Below are positions 9,921 through 18,144 of a stretch of DNA of 64,000 nucleotides, piece after piece. The stretch lies in the NCBI GenBank assembly GCA_964507855.1, contig CAZDQS010000004.1, forward strand, positions 14,888-78,887, written 5' to 3'. This DNA is from an uncultured Candidatus Saccharibacteria bacterium (GTDB lineage Bacteria; Patescibacteriota; Saccharimonadia; Saccharimonadales; CAZDQS01). The notes below the pieces were generated by a model. The model was not told the origin of the DNA. It did not search any database and saw nothing but the letters and a program-made list of their open reading frames with translations. The position numbers and the translations under genes were made by a program. The first letter of the stretch is position 1. Each line of letters opens with the position of its first letter.

Positions 9921-10199
9921 GATCGGGCCCTCCTCTTCCTGATATCGGTTAGGATCAATGACCCAGGTTACACCCGAAACAGGATAGCTACGCTCGCTAT
10001 ATCGTTACAAGCATAGGTAACCTGTTTCGGTGGCAGCTACAGCCGACCGTCACACTCTCTTCATGCATTAATGTGCTAGCCTTACCGCGATAGCAGCAAA
10101 GCCTTGGCTCAAGATTGAGCTTGCGCAGCATTATACAATTTTTATGTTTTTTTGTCAATAATGCGTGTTGTACCCTGTGTCCTTGCTGAAGAAACGAGG

Positions 10200-12782
10200 T
10201 TAGCGAAGCCGGAGGATGCCGTCTTCTTCAGGGCTTATAAACTCTTGGGGCTTTGGAGAAGGTGCTTCCGGGCTTGGCTGCTGGGGCTGATCGGGTGAAG
10301 CTTGGTCTGTCTTTTTCTTGCGTTTGCGGGTGCGCTTGCGCTTTTTCTTTGGCTGCGCCTCTTCATCGAGTGGGCCGATCTCGCCACCAGCCGCACTGCC
10401 TACGGAAGGCTGGGGGAGCGGTTCGTGGGATGTCTCAGTCGGCATAACCGGCTGGGCTTCACGCTTCACTCGCGGTTTCTCACTCATCTGCCGAAAGGCT
10501 TGTTCTGGCGTCATGTAGCGGCCACGGACGTAATCTTCGATATCTTCGCGACGGTACGCATACCGCTGGCGACTACGCTGGACAATCTCACCCACAAAGT
10601 CTTCGCCAAACGGCGGCAAATCAAGCGATGTTGCCGAAAACGCCTGGGCCTTTTCGCCGTATATTGTCATGCTGATAACAAAGTGCCGGTTATGCATGTG
10701 CACCAGGTCGTACTCCAGGAATTTTGGTTCAAAATACCGCTGCATGACCCGCGCATCATCCGCGCCCATGCGAAAAGCGATAATTGAACCGACGTTGCCG
10801 AAGACCGCGTCTTTGACCTCCATAGACATCTGAGCAATGTACTGGTTAGCGACAGTGAGGTTCAGGCCGTACTTGCGGGCTTCAGACAAGATAGTCGCGA
10901 ACGATTCTGTGGCAAAGTTCTGGAACTCGTCAACATAGAGATAAAACGGCGACCGCTGGTCCTGAGGAATATCCGCCCGACTCATGGCGCCAAGCTGAAT
11001 TTTGGTCACCAAAAGCGCACCAAGCAGCGCAGCATTGTCCTCGCCGATAAGGCCACGCGAGAGGTTCACGACGAGAATTTTCCGCTCGTCCATAATCTGA
11101 CGAATATTGAAGCTGCTCTTGGGCTGGCCGATGATATTGCGCACAATCGGGTTGGCCGTAAAGGCGCCGACTTTGTTCAGCACCGGCGCAACCGCCTCGG
11201 CCTGGAATTTGTCATTCCAGCTGGCGAACTCCACCGTCCAGAAATTGCGCACCACCGGATCCTCGACGTATTTCAACACATCTTGGCGGAACTTTTTATC
11301 CGTCAGCATACGGGTGATATCGAGCATAGTCGAATCAGGGTAGTCAAGCAGCGCGAGCAAGCAATACCGCAGGATATATTCCAAACGCGGGCCCCACGAC
11401 TCGAACATGCGCTTCAAGACACCAATAAGCTCTGAAGCGGTGTGGGTCTTGAGCTTCGGGTCGTTCACCTCCATTGGGTTAAAGGCAATCGGGAAATCCG
11501 TATCCGCCGGGTTGAAGTAAATAACATCACTGACGCGTTCTTCCGGAATGCGACGCAGGATGTTCAGCGCGTAGTCGCCGTGTGGATCAATAACAGCAAA
11601 GCCGTACGGGCTGTAGATGTCAGATATCGTCAACAGCTCCAACATACCGGACTTACCAACACCGGTCTGTCCAATAATATAGAGGTGTCGTCCGCGGTCG
11701 GACCGCGGCAAGCCAAAAGCAGTGTTGTGGCCGCGGAAGTTGGTGATTGCGGCCGGGCTTATATCCGGCTGCTCCTGTCCGCTGAGGATGGGCAGATTAG
11801 CCGGCGGCTCGGCTGTGTTCGAGCTCGCCCAAAGAATAAATGGTGTTTCCACGTTGGTATGCGGCAAATGGTAGAGCGTAGCGATTTCTTCGATATTGCA
11901 GATAAAGCCCTTATTGAGAATTCGCTGACGGTAGACCTCAAGCGCGGCCGGGTTGTCCGTCAGCCGCCGTCCCGCGAAACCGTTCAAGTACGTGGTGTTG
12001 AACTGTTTGTAGCTGGCAATAATAGCCTGCATCCGCAACTTGGCCTGCGACGGGGGAAGGTTGCCGCGATAGACAATCCGAATTGCCGTCTCATATGCCA
12101 GCTTCTGGCTCTTTGTCTCAGCGCCCGTAATCCGAGCCTGCTGGTATTCCGTCAGCTTCACCGGTGCGGCGTCCTTGCCGTCAGGCGGTGTCCAGAGTGC
12201 AGTCATAGCCTTGGTAAAACCAAGACCGCCGCCGCTCCGCATGTTGGCGATGTAGCTTTCGCTCTTGCGATGCCAGTTGTCGGCTGCCGGCCGGACGACG
12301 TGCTGCAGCCACGCCTCCTCATTGTCCTCGAACTTCGCAAGCGCCGCTGTAATGGCCGCCAGCGGGTCAACCTCGAAGCTCTGGAAAGTCTTGATTGGCA
12401 AAGCTTCGTGACCAGTCAGCTTCAGTTCGGACATAAGGTTCGTCTCGTAGTGACCGCCTTCTTCTGTCGTGTAGTCTTGCACTTCAGAAATCTGCACGGT
12501 CGGATACTGGGCGTAGATTTGCTCCTCAACGAAGTCCTTCAGCTCCTCAGGCACCCAGACATAAAACGCAATGCGCTTCTTTCGTACTGCAATCTCGAGA
12601 CTGATCCGCTCCCGGACACTGGAAGAGAAGTAACCCGCCCGAGGACTCATCAACAGCCCATGCAGACTGGCAAACAGCTGCTCGGCGGCAAGCTCTTTCT
12701 TGTCATTCGTCCGCGGCACTTGCAGGAGCAGCACAACGCCGTTTTGAGACAGGGGAGAGGACTTATGGCGTTTCAGTATCAT
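10200..12782 (-). CDS. VirD4/TraG/TraD-like P-loop ATPase (type IV coupling-protein-like, FtsK/HerA superfamily) with Pro/Lys-rich tail
   Basis: Walker A GQTGVGKSG, Walker B LYVDEFQNF, TraG/TraD-type C-terminal region; no N-terminal TM helices evident. Confidence 0.8.
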   Translation of the reverse strand: MILKRHKSSPLSQNGVVLLLQVPRTNDKKELAAEQLFASLHGLLMSPRAGYFSSSVRERISLEIAVRKKRIAFYVWVPEELKDFVEEQIYAQYPTVQISEVQDYTTEEGGHYETNLMSELKLTGHEALPIKTFQSFEVDPLAAITAALAKFEDNEEAWLQHVVRPAADNWHRKSESYIANMRSGGGLGFTKAMTALWTPPDGKDAAPVKLTEYQQARITGAETKSQKLAYETAIRIVYRGNLPPSQAKLRMQAIIASYKQFNTTYLNGFAGRRLTDNPAALEVYRQRILNKGFICNIEEIATLYHLPHTNVETPFILWASSNTAEPPANLPILSGQEQPDISPAAITNFRGHNTAFGLPRSDRGRHLYIIGQTGVGKSGMLELLTISDIYSPYGFAVIDPHGDYALNILRRIPEERVSDVIYFNPADTDFPIAFNPMEVNDPKLKTHTASELIGVLKRMFESWGPRLEYILRYCLLALLDYPDSTMLDITRMLTDKKFRQDVLKYVEDPVVRNFWTVEFASWNDKFQAEAVAPVLNKVGAFTANPIVRNIIGQPKSSFNIRQIMDERKILVVNLSRGLIGEDNAALLGALLVTKIQLGAMSRADIPQDQRSPFYLYVDEFQNFATESFATILSEARKYGLNLTVANQYIAQMSMEVKDAVFGNVGSIIAFRMGADDARVMQRYFEPKFLEYDLVHMHNRHFVISMTIYGEKAQAFSATSLDLPPFGEDFVGEIVQRSRQRYAYRREDIEDYVRGRYMTPEQAFRQMSEKPRVKREAQPVMPTETSHEPLPQPSVGSAAGGEIGPLDEEAQPKKKRKRTRKRKKKTDQASPDQPQQPSPEAPSPKPQEFISPEEDGILRLR

Positions 12783-12935
12783 ATCTTATTATTATACAAC
12801 TTTTAGCAAGTTTATTCAAGAATAAGCACCTTTACTGCTTCTCACTATACACCGAATATACGCTTGCTAGAAGCCTGGAATAAAGAGACTGTTTTTGTTT
12901 TTCCAAAGCACAAGCTTTGTTACAATACCTAGGAT

Positions 12936-14195
12936 ATGTTAGATGATTTCCGCCCGCGCCGGAAACCGGCGCCAGTTGAACCTCGGCCAATGCCTGAGCC
13001 CGTCACGCCTGACGAGCCCACGGAGCTCGACACCGTCGACCCGCCAGACCCTCCACTTGCAGCACCCGCAGCTGAACCTGTCGTAGACGACACCACGAAA
13101 AAGAAAAACAATTTCATCCAGAAGCTCCGCAGCCGCATTCGTAGGCCCCGCAATAAAAAAGAATGGGCCATTCTTGTTGCGACTGTACTCATCGTTATCG
13201 GTGGCTTGAGCGGCGGCGCCTACGCACTATACAAAAGCCTGCAGCCAGAGCCGGTCCAGCAAGTCGTGGAACCCCCACCGCCAGCACCGGAGCCGCCACC
13301 TGAGCCAACCACCGTTGCCGCCAAATTAACAGGCTTGCAGGTAGAGCCGGAACTCAATAAGCGGCCAATTACCGGCATTATGATAGAGAACAGCCCGTCG
13401 GCACGTCCGCAGTCCGGCCTCAAGGACGCCGAAGTCGTCTTCGAAGCAGTTGCCGAAGGCGGCATTACCCGCTTCCTCGCGCTCTTCCACATTAACCGCC
13501 CGCAAGAGATTGGACCGGTCCGCAGTGCTCGACCATACTACGTGGACTGGGTAGCAGGCTTCGACGCCGGCTACGGCCACGTCGGTGGCAGCCCGGAAGG
13601 CTTGGCACACTTGCGTAACATTGGGGTCAAAGACCTCGACCAGTTTGGCAACCCAGGCGCCTACTGGCGTTCGAGCGCCCGCTACGCGCCACACAACATG
13701 TACACCAGCATGGATCGGCTCGATGAACTCAACAAGAGCAAAGGCTACACTTCAAGCAACTTCGCCGGTTTTGCCCGCTACGAAGACGAAGCGCCTGCCG
13801 AAACACCAACCGCCAAGACTATCGACATCGCTCTCTCGAGCTATCTCTACAACGTCCACTACGATTATGACCCCGCCAGCAACAGCTATAAGCGAGTCCT
13901 CGGCGGCCAACCTCATGTTGACGCACCAACAGGCCAGCAGATCGCCCCGAAAGTAATCGTCGCCATGGTCATGGCCAAGGGACGCAACGGTATCTACAGC
14001 ACCTACAACACCATCGGCAGCGGCGAGGCCATCATCTTCCACAATGGCGAATACGCGAGCGCCCGGTGGGAAAAAACCAGCAGCAAAGAACCCCTCAAGT
14101 TTACGAACGCCGAAGGCAAACCGTTCAAGCTCGCCCCGGGGCAAACCTGGATTACCGCCGTCGGCAGCCCAGCGGAAGTTACCCACGCCCCATAA
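12936..14195 (+). CDS. DUF3048 (YerB-like) domain protein, membrane anchored
   Basis: Pro-rich N-terminus, TM (ILVATVLIVIGGLSGGAYALY), then RPITGIMIENSPSARPQSGLKDAEVVFEAVAEGGITRFLALF, typical of DUF3048. Confidence 0.8.
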   Translation: MLDDFRPRRKPAPVEPRPMPEPVTPDEPTELDTVDPPDPPLAAPAAEPVVDDTTKKKNNFIQKLRSRIRRPRNKKEWAILVATVLIVIGGLSGGAYALYKSLQPEPVQQVVEPPPPAPEPPPEPTTVAAKLTGLQVEPELNKRPITGIMIENSPSARPQSGLKDAEVVFEAVAEGGITRFLALFHINRPQEIGPVRSARPYYVDWVAGFDAGYGHVGGSPEGLAHLRNIGVKDLDQFGNPGAYWRSSARYAPHNMYTSMDRLDELNKSKGYTSSNFAGFARYEDEAPAETPTAKTIDIALSSYLYNVHYDYDPASNSYKRVLGGQPHVDAPTGQQIAPKVIVAMVMAKGRNGIYSTYNTIGSGEAIIFHNGEYASARWEKTSSKEPLKFTNAEGKPFKLAPGQTWITAVGSPAEVTHAP

Positions 14196-14513
14196 AGTCC
14201 CGACTCTCGGCGTAATACATACAACAACCCTTGCTTTCGATTAGTTCAGCGGGTGTAGAATAGATAGGCTATGTGAGCACTGGGAGGCCCCTTTAGCACA
14301 CAAGCTTTATAACGATTCAGGATGGTATGCTTCGGCCCCTGCCAATCCTCTCATACGAACAAGCTCCGGCTTCCTGTCACGATAGAGCATTGAACGGTCT
14401 GCTTTATCTACCAGGCAGCTCCACTGAGCCTCTTTGGCTCTCAAATCCGTTCGCCGCTAGATGGTAATCTTGACGGCTTTTTTGCGTTTAACCCCATAAA
14501 AGGAGCTTGGATT

Positions 14514-14768
14514 ATGAAAACAGCACAGTTGATCAACAAGGCAGTAGAAGTTAACTCTTTTTACTTCACCCAAGGAAAACAATTTAAGTCATTTCCGGCA
14601 CGCATTACTGTCGACAACCGTCAGTACGCGTTCCAGTCGGGCCTGCAAATGCTCATAGAGAAAGGCCAGCAGGCCATCCGGCTGTTCCAGATGACCGACG
14701 GCAGCGCGACTTACCGGATCAAGCAAGAGGGCGGCCAATGGGTGCTGCTCAGCATAGCAAGGGGGTAA
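14514..14768 (+). CDS. hypothetical protein (84 aa)
   Basis: ORF with strong SD (AAAGGAG) 8 nt upstream of the ATG. Confidence 0.5.
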   Translation: MKTAQLINKAVEVNSFYFTQGKQFKSFPARITVDNRQYAFQSGLQMLIEKGQQAIRLFQMTDGSATYRIKQEGGQWVLLSIARG

Positions 14769-14773
14769 TTCAT

Positions 14774-15172
14774 ATGGAAACGACTATGGATCCAAGACCG
14801 GTCAAACCGACCAAAAACAGTTGGGCTTTCGCGGTTGATTTAGGCCGCACAGTCGGGAGAAACAGCTCTCGATTCGGGCGTGCCGGACGCTCTCGCTTGA
14901 GCCGAGTTTCGGTGCGGCGGCGAGAAACGCAAGGGAGCCGTACAGGGAAGTACGGTGACCGCGTATCGAAGCCGACAAGCCGGAAATCGGCCAAGAGGAC
15001 AGCGGGGTCTCCGGCTTTGCCAGAGAGCAGACCGTCCGGCGAGAGTGTCCGGCGATGTGTCATTACGGCCTGTTCCAAGGAAGCCAAGGCTTTTGGCATC
15101 AAAGCCGGGATGCGCTACGAAGAAGCAAAAAGGCTCATCCCAGAACTGCGAATATTAATCTATAACCGCTAG
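14774..15172 (+). pseudogene. Y-family DNA polymerase N-terminal fragment carrying a palindromic insertion
   Basis: C-terminal 38 aa (RCVITACSKEAKAFGIKAGMRYEEAKRLIPELRILIYN) resemble the conserved N-terminal finger region of DinB/UmuC. The ORF stops after it, lacks the DxxxFF catalytic motif and contains family-1 element copy A. Confidence 0.35.
14883..15052 (+). repeat. family-1 GC-rich palindromic insertion element, copy A (170 nt)
   Basis: Terminal helix 14883-14896/15039-15052 (14 bp, one G.U); inner helix 14901-14912/14980-14991; core alignable to 17045-17185. Confidence 0.7.
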
Positions 15173-15188
15173 ATGTTGAGGTACGAAA

Positions 15189-15536
15189 ATGGACTACGAA
15201 TTAGAACCAGTCGACGAGAGCGTCGGCACTTCAGTACACATGGGCTTCCCCAATGCTGCTGTAGACACACGCCTGACCGGCCTGGACATCAGCCAGCTGC
15301 TCATCAAGCGGCCGCACAGCACGTTCTTTATGCGCATATCGGGTAACCAGTGGAGCCGCGACGGCATATTTGACGGCGACATCGCTATCATCGACCGGGC
15401 GCTGAACCCGCAGGTGACCGACCTGGTCGTCTGGTGGCAGGAAGACAACGAGTTTGCTATCTCGCTCTTCAGCCGCGTGCGCAAAGGATGCCCGGTATGG
15501 GGGGTTGTCACGAACATAATCCACCAGTTCCGATGA
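15189..15536 (+). CDS. UmuD-like S24 peptidase-fold protein, catalytic residues substituted
   Basis: Aligns by eye to UmuD (GFPNAA..., DGDIAIIDR). The GDSM serine motif reads GNQW and the TVKK lysine position reads AISL. ATGA overlap with umuC. Confidence 0.75.
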   Translation: MDYELEPVDESVGTSVHMGFPNAAVDTRLTGLDISQLLIKRPHSTFFMRISGNQWSRDGIFDGDIAIIDRALNPQVTDLVVWWQEDNEFAISLFSRVRKGCPVWGVVTNIIHQFR

Positions 15537-16810
15537 AAACCCGCGTATTTGCACTCATAGATTGCAACAATTTTTTCGTCTCATGCGAAAGGATCTTCCG
15601 GCCAGACCTCGAAGGCAGGCCCGTTGTCGTACTGTCCAGCAACGACGGCTGTGCTGTCGCCAGGTCGAACGAAGCCAAGCGCCTCGGCATCCCCATGGGC
15701 GCACCCGCTTTCAAGTACCGGCAGCTGTTCGAGCGGGAAAGGGTCGTACGGTTCAGCGCCAACTTTGAGCTCTACAGCGATATCTCCCGGCGGATAACCC
15801 ATATACTTACTGAAGTTACGCCGCGTATTGAGATCTATTCTATTGATGAATCATTCCTAGACCTTTCGACGCTCGACATCCGTGATTATGAGGCATGGGG
15901 CAGGGCAGTGCGGACACGCATCCAGAAGGAGGTTGGCGTACCGGTTTCTGTCGGCATCGCACCCACCAAGACGCTCGCCAAGCTCGCCACCGAGTACGCC
16001 AAGCAGCATCCGGACTCCGGCGGCGCTACGTCATTCATAGACAAAGACCTGAAGCCCTACCGGCAGCATATTGCCCTGGAAGACATCTGGGGTATTGGCT
16101 GGCGCCTCGCGCCTCGCCTGCGGGCGCTTGGCCTCGCCACGGCCGATGACGTAGCCGGATTACGTCCACAGCTTGCCCAAAAGCTCATGGGTATCCACGG
16201 CCGCCAGCTGGTGTACGAGCTGAACGGCACGGCATGTTTTCCCATGGAACTCCTGCATCAAAAACCCAAGAGCATCGCCCGCACCCGTACCTTTGGCGAA
16301 GACACCCGGGAGTTTTATGTACTGGAGGCAGCTGTCGCTAACTTCGTCACCCAGGCCGCCTTCCGGCTGCGCCAGTCCGCCCAGCTGGCCCGCCGCTTAG
16401 GCCTATTCCTCTGCAGCAATAAACACAAACCCAATTACCAGATATGGAACCAAGAGGCGGTGTTCCAGGTACCGACAGCCGACACAGGACAGCTCATTTC
16501 CGCCGGCATCGCCTTGCTAACCGACATGTACGAGCCTACCACCGAATATCATCGGGCAGGGGTGTGGCTGCATGACTTTGTCCCTGCTGATCAACTTCAA
16601 ACCGACCTACTCGGCACCGTCGACGTGCGTGAACACGCCCGCGCCATGAGCCGCATGCAGGCCATCGACGGCATCAATAACCGCTACGGCCGCCGCACCA
16701 TCCGCTTCGCCGCCGAAGACCTCGCTCAGGCCTGGCAACCCAAACACGGCTTGCGCAGCCCCCGCTACGTTTCCACTTGGGAAGAGCTGCCACTCGCGCG
16801 TATAGTATAA
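15533..16810 (+). CDS. umuC: Y-family DNA polymerase (UmuC-type, Pol V catalytic subunit)
   Basis: FALIDCNNFFVSCERIF..., VLSSNDGCAVARSNEAKRLGI, SIDESFLD motifs. Start moved to the MKTRVF ATG overlapping the upstream stop. Confidence 0.9.
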   Translation: MKTRVFALIDCNNFFVSCERIFRPDLEGRPVVVLSSNDGCAVARSNEAKRLGIPMGAPAFKYRQLFERERVVRFSANFELYSDISRRITHILTEVTPRIEIYSIDESFLDLSTLDIRDYEAWGRAVRTRIQKEVGVPVSVGIAPTKTLAKLATEYAKQHPDSGGATSFIDKDLKPYRQHIALEDIWGIGWRLAPRLRALGLATADDVAGLRPQLAQKLMGIHGRQLVYELNGTACFPMELLHQKPKSIARTRTFGEDTREFYVLEAAVANFVTQAAFRLRQSAQLARRLGLFLCSNKHKPNYQIWNQEAVFQVPTADTGQLISAGIALLTDMYEPTTEYHRAGVWLHDFVPADQLQTDLLGTVDVREHARAMSRMQAIDGINNRYGRRTIRFAAEDLAQAWQPKHGLRSPRYVSTWEELPLARIV

Positions 16811-16821
16811 TCACCTCTGTT

Positions 16822-17622
16822 ATGAAAGCCACCGACCAGCTACTGGCAAAATATCCGCTTATTTCCGACCAAATTAGCCGGGAAGAGTTGGGCGTGGTTT
16901 TGCGGGAGTTGGAAACAACACTGCAGCAAAGTGTTCCTGGAACAGTGGTAGAGTTCGGCTGCTACAAGGGCACAACCAGTCTGTTTATCCGCCGACTGCT
17001 AGATTACTACAAGGATTCACACCGTACGGTCGGAGTACCTGCACTTGAGCCAAGTTTCGGTGCGGCGGCGAGGAACGCAAGCGAGGCGTACATGTCGTAC
17101 GGTGAGCGCGTACCGGAGCCGCCCAGCCGAAAATTGGCCAAGAGACCGGCAGAGTCTCTGGCTTTGCCAGAGAGCAGGCCGGACGGTGCAGGTACTCCGA
17201 GGGAGTTCCATGCGTATGATTCTTTCGAAGGCTTGCCACCCAAGAGCAGGGAAGACCAGAGTGCCGCCGGCGTGGATTTCACAGCTGGCGAACTCGCGAT
17301 CAGTAAAAAGCAATTTCTGAAAGAATTCCACAAAGCAGGATTGCAACCACCTATCACGCATAAGGGCTGGTTCAATGAGCTTTCCGATAAGGATATCCCA
17401 GAAGAAATTGCCTTTGCGTTCCTCGATGGGGATTTTTATGGTTCCATCAGGGATTCGTTGCAGCTCGTTTGGCCGCGGCTGCACGAGCAGGGGGTGATAT
17501 TGATTCATGACTACAAGCGTGAGACGCTGCCCGGGGTAGAGAAGGCGGTGCACGAGTTTCTGCAGGACAAACCGCACCGCCTGAGGTACGAACACAATAT
17601 TGCGATTGTGGCGCAATCTTAA
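16822..17622 (+). CDS. TylF/MycF-type class I SAM-dependent methyltransferase with a 59-codon in-frame insertion
   Basis: VEFGCYKGTTS (SAM-binding loop), DSFEGLP, LDGDFYGS, ILIHDY motifs; insertion between ...KDSHR and EFHAYDSFEG. Confidence 0.8.
   Translation: MKATDQLLAKYPLISDQISREELGVVLRELETTLQQSVPGTVVEFGCYKGTTSLFIRRLLDYYKDSHRTVGVPALEPSFGAAARNASEAYMSYGERVPEPPSRKLAKRPAESLALPESRPDGAGTPREFHAYDSFEGLPPKSREDQSAAGVDFTAGELAISKKQFLKEFHKAGLQPPITHKGWFNELSDKDIPEEIAFAFLDGDFYGSIRDSLQLVWPRLHEQGVILIHDYKRETLPGVEKAVHEFLQDKPHRLRYEHNIAIVAQS
17030..17200 (+). repeat. family-1 GC-rich palindromic insertion element, copy B (171 nt)
   Basis: Perfect 15-bp terminal helix 17030-17044/17186-17200; inner helix 17049-17060/17127-17138; central CGTAC hairpin. 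Confidence 0.75.
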
Positions 17623-17641
17623 GCGTTGCTATAATAGGCGC

Positions 17642-18097
17642 ATGGCGCTGCGGCAGCTGATTGACAAGATAAAACACCGCGAGCGAAAGCCACTGAGTCC
17701 TCGCGCACTCAACTTCATTGCGCTCCTGCTCGGCCTGGCCGTCATTGTGACATTGGCGATTGCCAGCCCGTACGTGCTCAGGATTTTTGATAAGCCAGAA
17801 GTAGCCACCGCAGAGGAAGTGACAATTCCGCATCTTGACCTCGCACCCATAGAAGAAGCTCAGCCTGTTCCGGTACCAGAAACTCCTCAGCCCCCGCAGC
17901 ATGAGACCCCTCAAGTCAGCGGCCTCCAGACAAAAGATGACTCACAGGAATTTCGTAAGCGAGATAAAAAGCGCCGCCGGACACACCAAGCCAAACCAGA
18001 ATCAACGCAACACAAGCACCAGCGTCTTGATCAAACCGTCAAAAGCACACTCGAAGCACTGCGCCGCCAGTTTTATTTCCAGAGGAAAAACGACTGA
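17642..18097 (+). CDS. hypothetical membrane protein (151 aa)
   Basis: ORF from MALRQL...; one TM (FIALLLGLAVIVTLAIASPYVL); basic C-terminus. Confidence 0.45.
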   Translation: MALRQLIDKIKHRERKPLSPRALNFIALLLGLAVIVTLAIASPYVLRIFDKPEVATAEEVTIPHLDLAPIEEAQPVPVPETPQPPQHETPQVSGLQTKDDSQEFRKRDKKRRRTHQAKPESTQHKHQRLDQTVKSTLEALRRQFYFQRKND

Positions 18098-18144
18098 TTG
18101 AAAGTACCAAAGTAAAAACCGGAGGCTAGCTCCGGTCATTACTT

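Noticed and set aside
8934-9964. A shared 11-mer, TCAATGACCCA, near the 5' ends of both GC-rich genes
   Set aside because: Exact 11-mer repeats are expected many times by chance in 64 kb. One copy is inside coding sequence and the flanks do not align.
9083-10016. Many overlapping ORFs of 74-245 aa on both strands. Similar stacks occur at 22003-23187, 8118-9002, 14770-15172 and 24823-25404
   Set aside because: These are artefacts of stop-codon-poor GC-rich or Pro-rich sequence. Only the frame with recognisable motifs, an SD or gene context was kept.
14196-14513. A 318-nt gene-free region after the DUF3048 gene, considered as a possible ncRNA (SRP, 6S or RNase P)
   Set aside because: No conserved motif of any of these RNAs was recognised. 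Only short hairpins (for example GAGCC-TCTTT-GGCTC) and a CTTGAC promoter-like hexamer for the next ORF are present.
17026-17202. Family-1 inserts as small group I introns. The 5' flank can end in U and the insert in G in both the methyltransferase and der copies
   Set aside because: About 175 nt is too small for a group I core. No P7 guanosine-binding site or P3-P8 domain is recognisable. The putative P1 (ACCGU/ACGGU) has no loop. No bulge-helix-bulge motif is present either.
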